Shown in pieces: positions 45,146-53,533 of a DNA stretch of 64,000 nt. Source of the DNA: Eubacteriales bacterium (GTDB lineage: Bacteria > Bacillota > Clostridia > Oscillospirales > UBA644). The first letter of the stretch is position 1. Every line of letters starts with the position of its first letter. A program made the translations under genes and the position numbers. Under the pieces are notes generated by a model that saw nothing but the letters and a program-made list of their open reading frames with translations, was not told where the DNA came from and did no database searches. The DNA is taken from contig JAZQKK010000019.1 in NCBI GenBank assembly GCA_045542115.1, positions 133,362-197,361 of the forward strand, in the 5' to 3' direction.

Positions 45146-46555
45146 TTAAAACATCATATATTCCATAAACAGGTCGGAAAACAGTTTCTCTCCCGACAGG
45201 TCTACCGCCTCTGCCGAAGATAGAGGCAGCGGCAATGAACCGGAACAGGCGTATTGCACCGTTCCCGAAAGGCTTGCGTTGTTGACCCCGTGGAAGATTT
45301 CTTGCAATTCTTCGGGAATCAACCCCACGAAGGCGGCGCTTTTCACGTTCAGTCCGGCGGAGAATCCCCCCGCCACGTACAACCCGTCTACGGCGTCGTA
45401 AGAAATTCCCGCCTGATGCAAAAGACATTCCAGCCCTGCCCGGACGGCGGATTTGGCCAACTGAAATTCCCGGATATCCTTCCCCGTCAATTCCACGCCG
45501 GGGCAAAGGGGTAAGGGGTCTTCTTCCAAAAATCCGGTCTCGTCGATATCTTCTTCCCGGACGGCCCGGGCAACGGCGTCCACCAACCCGGTGGCACACA
45601 ATCCCTTGGCTTCGCCCCCGCCCAAGACCGTCACGTCCCCCTGGGGAGAGACGGCACAGACCGCTCCGTCGGAGGCACTCATCCCGCAAGAGATATTCGC
45701 CCCCTCGAAGCAAGGACCGGCGGCAGCCGCGGTGCAAAGGATACGGCGTTCGTTATAAAGGGCGATTTCCGCGTTGGTCCCCAAATCCAAAAGAATCCGA
45801 TATTTTCCGGAGGGCGGCATTCCCACGGCGTTGATGCCCGCCACGATGTCCGCCCCCACAAAGGCGGAGATCCCGGGCAGAGCGGTGACGGTGTTCACTT
45901 GGAAAAATCCCAAATCTTCCCCCGGCACGGTGCGGAAATCCAAAAAGGCGGGGGTATAGGGAGCCACCCCCAGAGATGCACAGTTTTCCCCAAAGAAGAG
46001 ATGGAGCATCGTGGTGTTCCCCGCCACGTACATCGTCTCCACCGAAGAAAGGGCGAAGGGAGACAGTAAGCGGAAGGTCAATTCTTTGATTCGTTCCAGC
46101 AAAACGTTTTGCAGAGACTCCGGTCCGTTTTTGGCGCAATGGGCAATCCGGGAAATGACGTCTGCCCCGAAGACCCGTTGAGGGTTGGGGGCGGTCACGG
46201 TGCGAATCACCGCATTTTCATCCAAAGAGACCAACGCCAGGGCCAGGGTGGTCGTCCCGATATCCAGGCAGAGGCAGACCCGTTCGGTCAGCCGCCCCGT
46301 CTCGGCCCCCGCAGTGACCGAAACCAGGTTTTCTTTTTCGGGAAGAATCACTTCCCCATCCCCGGAAAGCATCGTACGGCAGGCCAAAACCGGACTGCCG
46401 TTTAACAAGACCGTACATTTTTTACAGGTCCCCCGCCCCCCGCAGGGATGGGGCACAAAATAGCCGTTATCGGCTAAAATTTCGCTGAGAAGCCGGGGAG
46501 ATTCCACCGAAATCTCCCTTGTTGTTCCGTTTTGAAGGACGGTTAATCGTAACAC
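45146..46555 (-). CDS. RACo-like reductive activator of corrinoid proteins (2Fe-2S ferredoxin domain + ASKHA/DUF4445 ATPase)
   Basis: GTG start with RBS GGAAGGAG. N-terminal PCGGRGTCKKCTV...LAC ferredoxin motif, then a sugar-kinase/actin-like fold pattern (LDIGTTT, LDLGTNAE). Confidence 0.75.
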   Translation of the reverse strand: MLRLTVLQNGTTREISVESPRLLSEILADNGYFVPHPCGGRGTCKKCTVLLNGSPVLACRTMLSGDGEVILPEKENLVSVTAGAETGRLTERVCLCLDIGTTTLALALVSLDENAVIRTVTAPNPQRVFGADVISRIAHCAKNGPESLQNVLLERIKELTFRLLSPFALSSVETMYVAGNTTMLHLFFGENCASLGVAPYTPAFLDFRTVPGEDLGFFQVNTVTALPGISAFVGADIVAGINAVGMPPSGKYRILLDLGTNAEIALYNERRILCTAAAAGPCFEGANISCGMSASDGAVCAVSPQGDVTVLGGGEAKGLCATGLVDAVARAVREEDIDETGFLEEDPLPLCPGVELTGKDIREFQLAKSAVRAGLECLLHQAGISYDAVDGLYVAGGFSAGLNVKSAAFVGLIPEELQEIFHGVNNASLSGTVQYACSGSLPLPLSSAEAVDLSGEKLFSDLFMEYMMF

Positions 46556-46559
46556 GGCG

Positions 46560-47117
46560 TTACTCCTTCCATAAAAGCAGGCCGAAATAGGTCACGGTGT
46601 CGGCTCCGTTGATGTATTTCATCGACGTATTTTTCACCGTGGCACTTACGTTGATTCCATAGGCTTCCAAGGAGGAGATGGCTTTGTCCGGAAACCGGCA
46701 AGGCAGATTTTCCCGTTTGGAGCAGGTGGGACAAACGCCGCATCCCCCCTTGGACAGATGGAGATACTCTCCCCATCCCGCCTCTTTGAGCAGGCGGTCC
46801 AAGGCTTGACTTCGTTGGCTTTGCTCCCGGCCGGCGTCTTGCATCCCCTCAAAATCAAAACTGTCTTCCAGGGGAAAGACCGATTGATAGAGAAATCCTC
46901 TGGAATAAGATTGCACCTGGGCAATCAGTTGGTCAATCTCTCCCACGTCCGGAGGGCACATCCAACATTTTCCGTAAACGCCGCAGGCGTTTGCTTCGCA
47001 TTGCCCCCGAAACCGCCGGTCGCAGACGATTTGGGAAACGTCAATCACTTCACCGTTGGTGCACCCCACGGATTTTGCCAAGGCGACAAGGTCTGTATTT
47101 GCAAAATCAGTTTTCAT
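46560..47117 (-). CDS. DUF2284-family Cys-rich metal-binding protein
   Basis: 185 aa. CEANACGVYGKCWMCPP and GGCGVCPTC motifs. This family typically accompanies corrinoid methyltransferase genes. Confidence 0.65.
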   Translation of the reverse strand: MKTDFANTDLVALAKSVGCTNGEVIDVSQIVCDRRFRGQCEANACGVYGKCWMCPPDVGEIDQLIAQVQSYSRGFLYQSVFPLEDSFDFEGMQDAGREQSQRSQALDRLLKEAGWGEYLHLSKGGCGVCPTCSKRENLPCRFPDKAISSLEAYGINVSATVKNTSMKYINGADTVTYFGLLLWKE

Positions 47118-48111
47118 AAAATTCCTTCACCGCCCCGAAAAAGGCGTCCAAATTTTCCCACGGAGTGGCCGGGGGAACGTCGCAGCCGGAAGAAACGGTA
47201 AAGTTTTCGTATCCGGCGCATTTTTCCAGCAGTTCCAACGTCTTTGCCCGCACGGTGTCGGGGTCGGACATCCGCAGAATCCCGGCGGGGTCCACGTTTC
47301 CCATTACGGGAAGGTCTTTGGGGAAGGTGTCCAGCATTTCTTTCAAATCAATGGAGTTGCCGAAGTGGTATCCGGCGGCTCCGATGGACGCAATGGAATC
47401 GGCCATCCGAATCACGTTGTCGCCGCAGTTGTGATAAATCAAAAGATACGAATCGTCTTGCACCGCGTCTACGATTTTCTTCATATAGGGGGCGGAAAAT
47501 TCTTCTTCCAGGGCGGGGGAAAGAAGTCCCGCCACCGGCTCTGCCACCATAATGCCGTCGGCACCGGCGGCCTTGAAGGCTTTGGCGTATTCCACCAAAA
47601 ATTCCGTGGCCTTTTCCAACACGGTGTGGACCATATCCGGCTCGTCGTAGCAGTCCATCATAATTTCCGATACGTCCAACAGGCGGGCGGCCAGAGAAAA
47701 CGGTCCAATCATTCCGGCGAAGACCGGCTTGTCGGTGATTTGAGACACCGCCTTGGCAATGGCTTGCACGTAAAGCCCGGAACGGCCATCCCCCACCCTG
47801 GGGACGGGAAGAGCCTCGGCGCCTTCTTCGTCTTCCACCAAACGGCCGGTGACGGTGGGAACTTCATCGTCGGAAAAGCGGACGGCGGCCCCGAAACATT
47901 CCGCTTCCACGGAAAGGTCCATAAAACCGATGGCGGCGGCGCTGTCGCCACGGTTTGCCACCAAAACCATCCCTTTCGCCTGCTTGTCGCTGTCGAAAAT
48001 CAGTTCTTTCACGGTGCATCCCAGCAACGAAATGCAGGGAAAGGACAAAATGGGAAAGGCTTTTTTCGATTGGGGAAGGTTTTGCAACCACTCTCGCATA
48101 TTTTTCTTCAT
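47107..48111 (-). CDS. URO-D / MtaA-CmuA-family methyltransferase, paralog 4 (classical HxC...C zinc pattern)
   Basis: 334 aa TIM-barrel pattern. YHNCGD (HxC) and SSGCDVPP. RBS AAAGGAAAAGGA. Confidence 0.7.
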   Translation of the reverse strand: MKKNMREWLQNLPQSKKAFPILSFPCISLLGCTVKELIFDSDKQAKGMVLVANRGDSAAAIGFMDLSVEAECFGAAVRFSDDEVPTVTGRLVEDEEGAEALPVPRVGDGRSGLYVQAIAKAVSQITDKPVFAGMIGPFSLAARLLDVSEIMMDCYDEPDMVHTVLEKATEFLVEYAKAFKAAGADGIMVAEPVAGLLSPALEEEFSAPYMKKIVDAVQDDSYLLIYHNCGDNVIRMADSIASIGAAGYHFGNSIDLKEMLDTFPKDLPVMGNVDPAGILRMSDPDTVRAKTLELLEKCAGYENFTVSSGCDVPPATPWENLDAFFGAVKEFYEN

Positions 48112-48123
48112 ATCCTTTTCCTT

Positions 48124-48354
48124 TCAAGAATTATTCCCCGTAATAGGCGTCCAAGACTTCGGGAACGGTCTTCGCCCGGACCATCCGGTTTTCGGGGGAG
48201 GTGTGACGGTGGGGACTTGAATCAAATCAACGCTTTCTACGGCTTCCAACACGTCTTCCAAGGGGTTCAAACCGCGTGTCTGCCTGAAAATACTTCCGGA
48301 GGACAGACCGGGTCCTCCCGTTGCGTTATCATAAAAATACTTACTTAAAATCAA
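48124..48354 (-). other. 239-nt gap holding a doubtful TTG-start ORF; possible frameshifted remnant
   Basis: Only ORF in the gap. Its last third is Pro/Gly/Trp-rich junk. The +1 frame after a C5 run (about 48195-48199) instead reads ENRMVRAKTVPEVLDAYYGE and stops at 48131. Confidence 0.25.
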
Positions 48355-49421
48355 TACTTCCCTAATTTGTGGGCCAGGTCGGAGATTTGCTTCATCGTGT
48401 CCAAAGAAACGGAGTTGGGAATGGAATGGTCGGAAGCGAAGACGTAGCCGCCCCCTTGTTTCATCATCGGAAGGATGCGCTCCATTTCCGCCAACACCAA
48501 CTCCGGCTTATCCCACAGTTGGGCATTGATGCCCCCGTGGAAGGCCAATTTGTCCCCATAGGTCTCTTTCAGTTTTTTCGGGTCCATTCCCGCTTTGATT
48601 TCCAGGGGATTGAGCATATCCAACCCGATATCCACCAAATCACCAATCAACGGTTCAACGTAACCGCAAGAGTGCAGTTCCGCGAACATTCCCCGTTCGT
48701 GGGCCCAATCGATGGCCTTCTTGTGAAAAGGCTTCAATAGTTCCCGATAGGTTTCGGGAGAAAAGAAGGGAGCCCCTTTATACCCCATATCGTCCCACCA
48801 GAAAATGCCGTCGAATTGATAGCCGGCATCCAGAATCTTCTGGGCCTGACGCAGCGTTGTCGTCAGATAGGTATCCACCACGTCGGTAAACCATTCGGGT
48901 TCGTCCAACATTGCCACCAACACGTTTTCCGTGCCAATCATATGGGAATGGGCCACGTCAAAACCGAACCACAGATTCAGCTGACGGTACCGCTGTTCTT
49001 TCTCCCAGATAGGATAACTTCGCTTTAACCCGGCCCAGTCGATGCGGTCTTCTGCGTCGGCAAGCATCCGGGCCTTGGCTTCCTCCCAACGGTCGGAGTC
49101 ACAGTAATAACAATCCAACACTTCGGGGGTGGAATCCAATTCCTTGAACACCTTTTGGGTCTGTCCCCATTTGGTGGTGATGATACGATAGCGGTCGGTC
49201 TCTTCCAATACCTTGTATTCAAAGCGGGGAGAATTGTCGGGGAGCGTGTTGCTGATCTTATCGAAGCCGAAATAATCCTTCCAATCTACGTCAGCGGGCA
49301 TTCCTTCCCGTTTCCAACGGGCGACGGTTCCGCCCCAAGCGGAATCAATCATCATCAACCGGTCCACTTCCTGGTGGCGGAAGGTACGAAGCATACGTTC
49401 TCTTGAAGTCAATTCTTTCAT
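48351..49421 (-). CDS. URO-D / MtaA-family methyltransferase, paralog 3
   Basis: Start moved to the ATG at 49421 (RBS AAGGGAG). MKELTSRERMLRTFRHQEVDR N-terminus typical of the family. AELHSCGYV. Confidence 0.7.
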   Translation of the reverse strand: MKELTSRERMLRTFRHQEVDRLMMIDSAWGGTVARWKREGMPADVDWKDYFGFDKISNTLPDNSPRFEYKVLEETDRYRIITTKWGQTQKVFKELDSTPEVLDCYYCDSDRWEEAKARMLADAEDRIDWAGLKRSYPIWEKEQRYRQLNLWFGFDVAHSHMIGTENVLVAMLDEPEWFTDVVDTYLTTTLRQAQKILDAGYQFDGIFWWDDMGYKGAPFFSPETYRELLKPFHKKAIDWAHERGMFAELHSCGYVEPLIGDLVDIGLDMLNPLEIKAGMDPKKLKETYGDKLAFHGGINAQLWDKPELVLAEMERILPMMKQGGGYVFASDHSIPNSVSLDTMKQISDLAHKLGKY

Positions 49422-49425
49422 AGGA

Positions 49426-50394
49426 TTACTCCCTTGCAAGATTGTAAATCAAATCAAAGGCAAATTCCAGGTCTTCCACGGTACAGTGGTCCTGAACGAA
49501 GTGGGAGGTGCAACAAACCCAACGCTTGCCTTTCAGGATCGAAAAGACCCGGCGGATTTCCGATTCCAGTTTGTCTTGGGGCAGAATCCCCAGGACAGAC
49601 TGGACGCAGATTCCGCCCAGCGTTGCAAATTTATCCTGATATTTTTCTAAGTAGAGTTCGTAGGGCATATTGGCATTTTCCTGCCAGGGGTGAATCAAGT
49701 CAAACCCTATGTCCACAATGCCGTCCAGCACTTTTGCCACACAGCCGTCGGAGTGCAAAGACGCCAAAACGCCCCGGGAGTGAACGTGGTCCACGACTTT
49801 TTTCAGATTGGGATAAATCAAATCCCACCAAACCTCGGGGGAGAACATCAAATCTTTCTGGGAACCCCAGTCGTCGGAGATGTGAATCATATCCGCGCCG
49901 GCGTCGATGCTCTGGTCGGCGCATTGAATCACCCAATCGGCGTGCCGGCGGTACAGTTCCGCCATTTCATCGGGGTACATCAGAAGCCACGCCAGGTGGT
50001 CTTCGATTCCGAAGGCACCGTTGAAACATTCAAAGAATCCGGGGGTCTGCATATAACAGAACCGACCCCGCTGCTTGTGAAAAGCGATGGATTTTTTGAT
50101 ATTTTCGAAAGTCTCTTCGGTCTTGGGGGGCAGATAATAATCGTGTTCCAGCAAAACGTCGGGGGAAACTTCGCCGTTTTCTTCCCGAATCTGCTCCAAC
50201 ACTTCTTGTTTGAAGACGCGAGGGCCGCCGAAAATGTGGGCAGCGTCGAATTCGTAGTGGTCTTCAAAGGCCTCCACAGAGCCCCATTTTTCGGTAATCT
50301 GCTCTTCCAGATTCGCCCGGACCCAGCCATAGATGGGCTGACGGTCCACAGGCTTGCCAAGAATGGCATTGCGCACGCGTTCGGTACTGTTCAT
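49426..50394 (-). CDS. URO-D / MtaA-family methyltransferase, paralog 2
   Basis: Start at the ATG at 50394 (RBS AAGGAG). MNSTERVRNAILGKPVDRQP N-terminus. SLHSDGCV. Confidence 0.7.
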   Translation of the reverse strand: MNSTERVRNAILGKPVDRQPIYGWVRANLEEQITEKWGSVEAFEDHYEFDAAHIFGGPRVFKQEVLEQIREENGEVSPDVLLEHDYYLPPKTEETFENIKKSIAFHKQRGRFCYMQTPGFFECFNGAFGIEDHLAWLLMYPDEMAELYRRHADWVIQCADQSIDAGADMIHISDDWGSQKDLMFSPEVWWDLIYPNLKKVVDHVHSRGVLASLHSDGCVAKVLDGIVDIGFDLIHPWQENANMPYELYLEKYQDKFATLGGICVQSVLGILPQDKLESEIRRVFSILKGKRWVCCTSHFVQDHCTVEDLEFAFDLIYNLARE

Positions 50395-50413
50395 CCTCAA
50401 AACTCCTTGTTAG

Positions 50414-51943
50414 TTAAGCATTTTTGCACAATGCAACGGCGGCGTCGGCGGCGGAAGCGGCGTCAACGGTATAGCAGTCCGCTCCGATGGCTTCGCAGAA
50501 TTTCTGATTGACGGGAGCGCCTCCAATCATAATCTTCACACGATCCCGGATACCGGCGGCTTCGGCGGCCTTGACCACGTCGGCCATTACGTCCATCGTG
50601 GTGGTGAGAAGGGCGGAGCAGCAGATAACCTGGCAGCCCTGTTCTTTGGCGGTCTGCACGAAGGTTTCCGCGGGAACGTCGGTGCCAAGGTCGATAACTT
50701 CCAGGCCCTTGCCTTCCATCATCATTTTTACCAGGTTTTTACCGATGTCGTGCAGGTCGCCCTGTACCGTACCGATACAAACTTTACCGGCGGATTCCAC
50801 GCCGCTGGAAATCAGGTGGGGTTTGAGCACGGTGATACCCATATTCATCGCCCGGGCCGCGACGAGAACTTCGGGAACGTAAACTTCGTTGTTCTTGAAT
50901 TTTTCCCCAATAATCCCCATTCCGGCCAAGAGGCCTTCTTCCAGAATCTTGGCAGGTTCGCATCCTTCGTCGATGGCCTGCTGGACCATTTCTTTTACGA
51001 TTTTGCCTTTGCCTTTTTGCAGTTGTTCGGAAATTTCGCTCAGAATAATCATAATCTTTTCTCCCTTCGATTCAAACGAATGTTTTTCATTATATTGATT
51101 CCGATATTGAATCGGAGTCATTTCCGCATAGGTATGAAAACTGCGGTAAAAGGACGGCAGGTCCCGAAGTCCACACTCTTCCATAATCCGGTTGACCGAC
51201 CAATCGGTCTGTTGTAACAGGGTACACGCGTGGGCCATTCGCCGTTCCCGAAGATAATCGGAAAAGGTCTTCCCCACCGCGGTCTTAAACAGCCGGCTCA
51301 GTTGGGATTGGCTGACGAACCGTTGTTCTGCCACCGTTTCCAGAGTCAGCGTCTCGGAAGAAAATTCCTCGTTGACCGTTTGCAAGACCGATTGTACCAG
51401 GGCCTTTTCTTTGCCTTTGACGGCGGAATCGTTGCGAATCGCCCCGTTCATATACCGGGTCAGGGTAATCAGCAACACCGAAAGGTACGCGGAGGTGGCC
51501 TCGGCCCAGTCGGAGCGGGATTGCTCCACTTCCTTGGCAATGCCGTCGAACAGAACGAACACCTCGTTCAGCGTGTCCCGGTTCAGGGTGGCGTAGCAGA
51601 CCGTCGCCCCTTCGCAGAACACCCCGTAGCAAAACCGGGGGCGGTCTTCGTTGCCCAAATCCCCGCTCAGGAATACCTTGGGGTCAAAAAGGATGCGCCG
51701 CACTTCCGGGCCCGGCCCCTCTTCCCCTTCGTAACCGTGGGGGGTGTGGGGGGCAATGACGCACAGATCCCCTTCGTTGCAGGGGATGGCTTGGTTCAAA
51801 ATCCGGTGGATGCCGTTGCCGGCGACCACAAGGTCAATCTCCACCCAACCGCCGGGATACAACCGGGCGGCGGTACGGTCCGCCCACCGAACCGTTTCGG
51901 TCAGGATGGGCCCCGCCGTGGCATACGTTTTCTTCCCGTCCAT
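50414..51943 (-). CDS. AraC-type regulator (cupin + double HTH, aa 1-~295) in frame with a complete MtaC/MtbC-like corrinoid-binding protein (aa 298-509)
   Basis: Single 509-codon ORF. The HTH ends ...MTPIQYRNQY. The corrinoid part begins at the internal ATG 51052, which has its own SD (AAGGGAGAAAAGATTATG). It carries GDLHDIGKNLV (DxHxxG), SALLTTTM and IMIGGAP. Confidence 0.75.
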   Translation of the reverse strand: MDGKKTYATAGPILTETVRWADRTAARLYPGGWVEIDLVVAGNGIHRILNQAIPCNEGDLCVIAPHTPHGYEGEEGPGPEVRRILFDPKVFLSGDLGNEDRPRFCYGVFCEGATVCYATLNRDTLNEVFVLFDGIAKEVEQSRSDWAEATSAYLSVLLITLTRYMNGAIRNDSAVKGKEKALVQSVLQTVNEEFSSETLTLETVAEQRFVSQSQLSRLFKTAVGKTFSDYLRERRMAHACTLLQQTDWSVNRIMEECGLRDLPSFYRSFHTYAEMTPIQYRNQYNEKHSFESKGEKIMIILSEISEQLQKGKGKIVKEMVQQAIDEGCEPAKILEEGLLAGMGIIGEKFKNNEVYVPEVLVAARAMNMGITVLKPHLISSGVESAGKVCIGTVQGDLHDIGKNLVKMMMEGKGLEVIDLGTDVPAETFVQTAKEQGCQVICCSALLTTTMDVMADVVKAAEAAGIRDRVKIMIGGAPVNQKFCEAIGADCYTVDAASAADAAVALCKNA

Positions 51944-51953
51944 ACTTCACCGT

Positions 51954-53072
51954 TCAGAATGTAATCTTTTTCATCTCTTCCGCGTAATACTGTACCAATT
52001 CAAATTTGGTGCCGGGCATCAGACGATGGTCCGGGCAGGGGATAAATCCGCCCAAAGAGGCCAGCCGCTGCATCCGTTCCAATTCTTGGTCCACCGCGGC
52101 TTTGTCTTTGCGAAGAGCCGTCTTATCCATTCCGCCCACGCCCAACATTCCCTTGCCGAACTTGTTCCGGGCGGCTTCGAATTGGTCGCCCCACGTTCCT
52201 ACTTCGATGGGGAACATCGTGTTGACTCCGTTTTCAAACCAGGTGGGCAACAGCGCTTCGGTCACCCCGTCGCAGTCGAGGGAGATAACGTCAATGCCGT
52301 ATTGCCGGAACAGGGCGTTGCGTTTTTCATAATGCTTTGCGCACAGTTCGTCAAAGATTCCCGGTGCAATCAGCGGTCCGTTCTTAAAGCAGATGTCTTC
52401 CCAATAATGGGCAAAATCGAATTTCGCCCCGGTCTCCAACACGGCCTTCACACATTGATATTGCATTTCCGCGTAAGTGTCCACAATATCCGCAAACAAC
52501 GCTTCGTCTTCGTCGTAGAGAAGATAACTCATCCCCACCACCGAAGTCATATTCCGGATATCCCCAAGAATACTTCCCGCACTCAGCCCCACGGGGACGT
52601 CCCAGGGACGGGTGTCGTTGAAGGTTTTCCAATATTCCATATCGATGCGGTCGGGCGTGAACTGCATTTTGGGGAGATACAATTCTTCAAAAGCCTTACG
52701 GTCTTTCAACTGATAGTCGTCTTCCGAAGGAATGGATTGGTTTCCCGGCTTTTGCCGTTCAATCAGCCCCAGGGAATTCTGAATCCGTTGCGTCCCGTCG
52801 GGGAAGGTCTCCAACACTTTGGTCTCAAAGAGAGGGCGAAGACGTTTGTCTGCTCCCCGGCAACGGTACCAGTTAAAGTCCCAGCCGATGATTTTGTCCA
52901 ATTCCCGGTCGGCGTCGTTGCCGTCCCCCCAGGCTTTGGCCAAATCCATCGAAATCTTACCTTGCTCTGCCCACTCCAACAACAACTCGTTCCAATACCC
53001 GAAATGTACGGCAGGCATCCGGTCAGCAGGCTGATAGTGAAGAATGTTCATCGCACGCTCCCGATTGGTCAT
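51954..53072 (-). CDS. URO-D / MtaA-family methyltransferase, paralog 1 (most divergent)
   Basis: RBS GAGGAG. MTNRERAMNILHYQPADRMP N-terminus. 372 aa. First gene of the operon. Confidence 0.65.
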   Translation of the reverse strand: MTNRERAMNILHYQPADRMPAVHFGYWNELLLEWAEQGKISMDLAKAWGDGNDADRELDKIIGWDFNWYRCRGADKRLRPLFETKVLETFPDGTQRIQNSLGLIERQKPGNQSIPSEDDYQLKDRKAFEELYLPKMQFTPDRIDMEYWKTFNDTRPWDVPVGLSAGSILGDIRNMTSVVGMSYLLYDEDEALFADIVDTYAEMQYQCVKAVLETGAKFDFAHYWEDICFKNGPLIAPGIFDELCAKHYEKRNALFRQYGIDVISLDCDGVTEALLPTWFENGVNTMFPIEVGTWGDQFEAARNKFGKGMLGVGGMDKTALRKDKAAVDQELERMQRLASLGGFIPCPDHRLMPGTKFELVQYYAEEMKKITF

Positions 53073-53115
53073 AGCACACGCTCCTCATCTAAAATCTTTT
53101 ATGTTCTATGATATC

Positions 53116-53144
53116 ATTGTACCAAAAATAAAATGGATTGTAAA
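53116..53144 (-). promoter_or_regulatory. promoter of the corrinoid methyltransferase operon
   Basis: Minus strand: TTTACA (53144-53139), 17 nt spacer, TGG-TACAAT (53121-53116), about 45 nt upstream of the start codon. Confidence 0.6.
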
Positions 53145-53253
53145 TAGGGTTTTCTTTCCGTTTTTAACTTTTTTTCGAAAGAAAACCAAAGTCGCCGTTC
53201 TTTTCTCGGTTTTCAGCAGACTGTTTTCCTATTATATTGATGGGGAAAACCGC

Positions 53254-53498
53254 AAAAAAATTCGGCACCTCCGGAAAGACCACCGGAAGTGCCGATATTG
53301 ATAAAATAATATCCGGCTCTTTGGGGGGAACAAAGAGCCGGATGCAGTCGGCGGAGAGGGGCCCGCCGAGATTGTTTTATGAGAATCCACCAACCTTGTC
53401 GCGAAGACGCGGGAATCCATAAAACAATAAAGGAGAGAGTGGGCTGCGTTCCCACTACCGAATAAGCGTTTTTCCCCGGAAATAGGGGGAATTTTTAT
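53254..53498 (-). ncRNA. candidate stand-alone structured RNA (~200-245 nt), family not recognised
   Basis: Lies between a perfect consensus promoter (53505-53533) and two successive hairpin terminators. The first is the 13-bp stem ATCCGGCTCTTTG/CAAAGAGCCGGAT at 53311-53343, followed by AUAUUAUUUUAU. The second is GGCACTTCCGG/CCGGAGGTGCC at 53264-53293, followed by U7. Internal helices include AGTGGG/CCCACT, ATTGTTTTATG/CATAAAACAAT, CGCG/CGCG and CGGCGG/CCGCCG. No RBS-preceded ORF. Confidence 0.5.
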
Positions 53499-53504
53499 GG
53501 CATT

Positions 53505-53533
53505 ATTATAGCACAGGGGGATAAAAATGTCAA
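53505..53533 (-). promoter_or_regulatory. perfect consensus sigma-A promoter driving the candidate RNA
   Basis: Minus strand: TTGACA (53533-53528), 17 nt spacer, TGC-TATAAT (53510-53505). Confidence 0.7.

Noticed and set aside
45072-45737. 221-aa Arg/Gly-rich ORF (45072-45737, -), and similar out-of-frame ORFs inside the activator and URO-D genes.
   Set aside because: These are alternative frames of well-supported genes, with extreme Arg/Gly/Pro composition and no independent signals.
53213-53455. Track ORFs 53213-53455 (-) and 53232-53420 (-) as small proteins.
   Set aside because: No RBS. Both read straight through the two terminator hairpins, and the composition is not protein-like.
53300-53500. 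Cobalamin riboswitch upstream of the corrinoid operon.
   Set aside because: GTAGTGGGAAC and GGTGGATTC superficially recall the GGGAA...GGTG.GAATCC core. However, the order, spacing, B12 box (GCCACTG) and CCCGC element are absent. The element is also separated from the operon by two terminators and an independent promoter. I kept it as an unclassified RNA instead.
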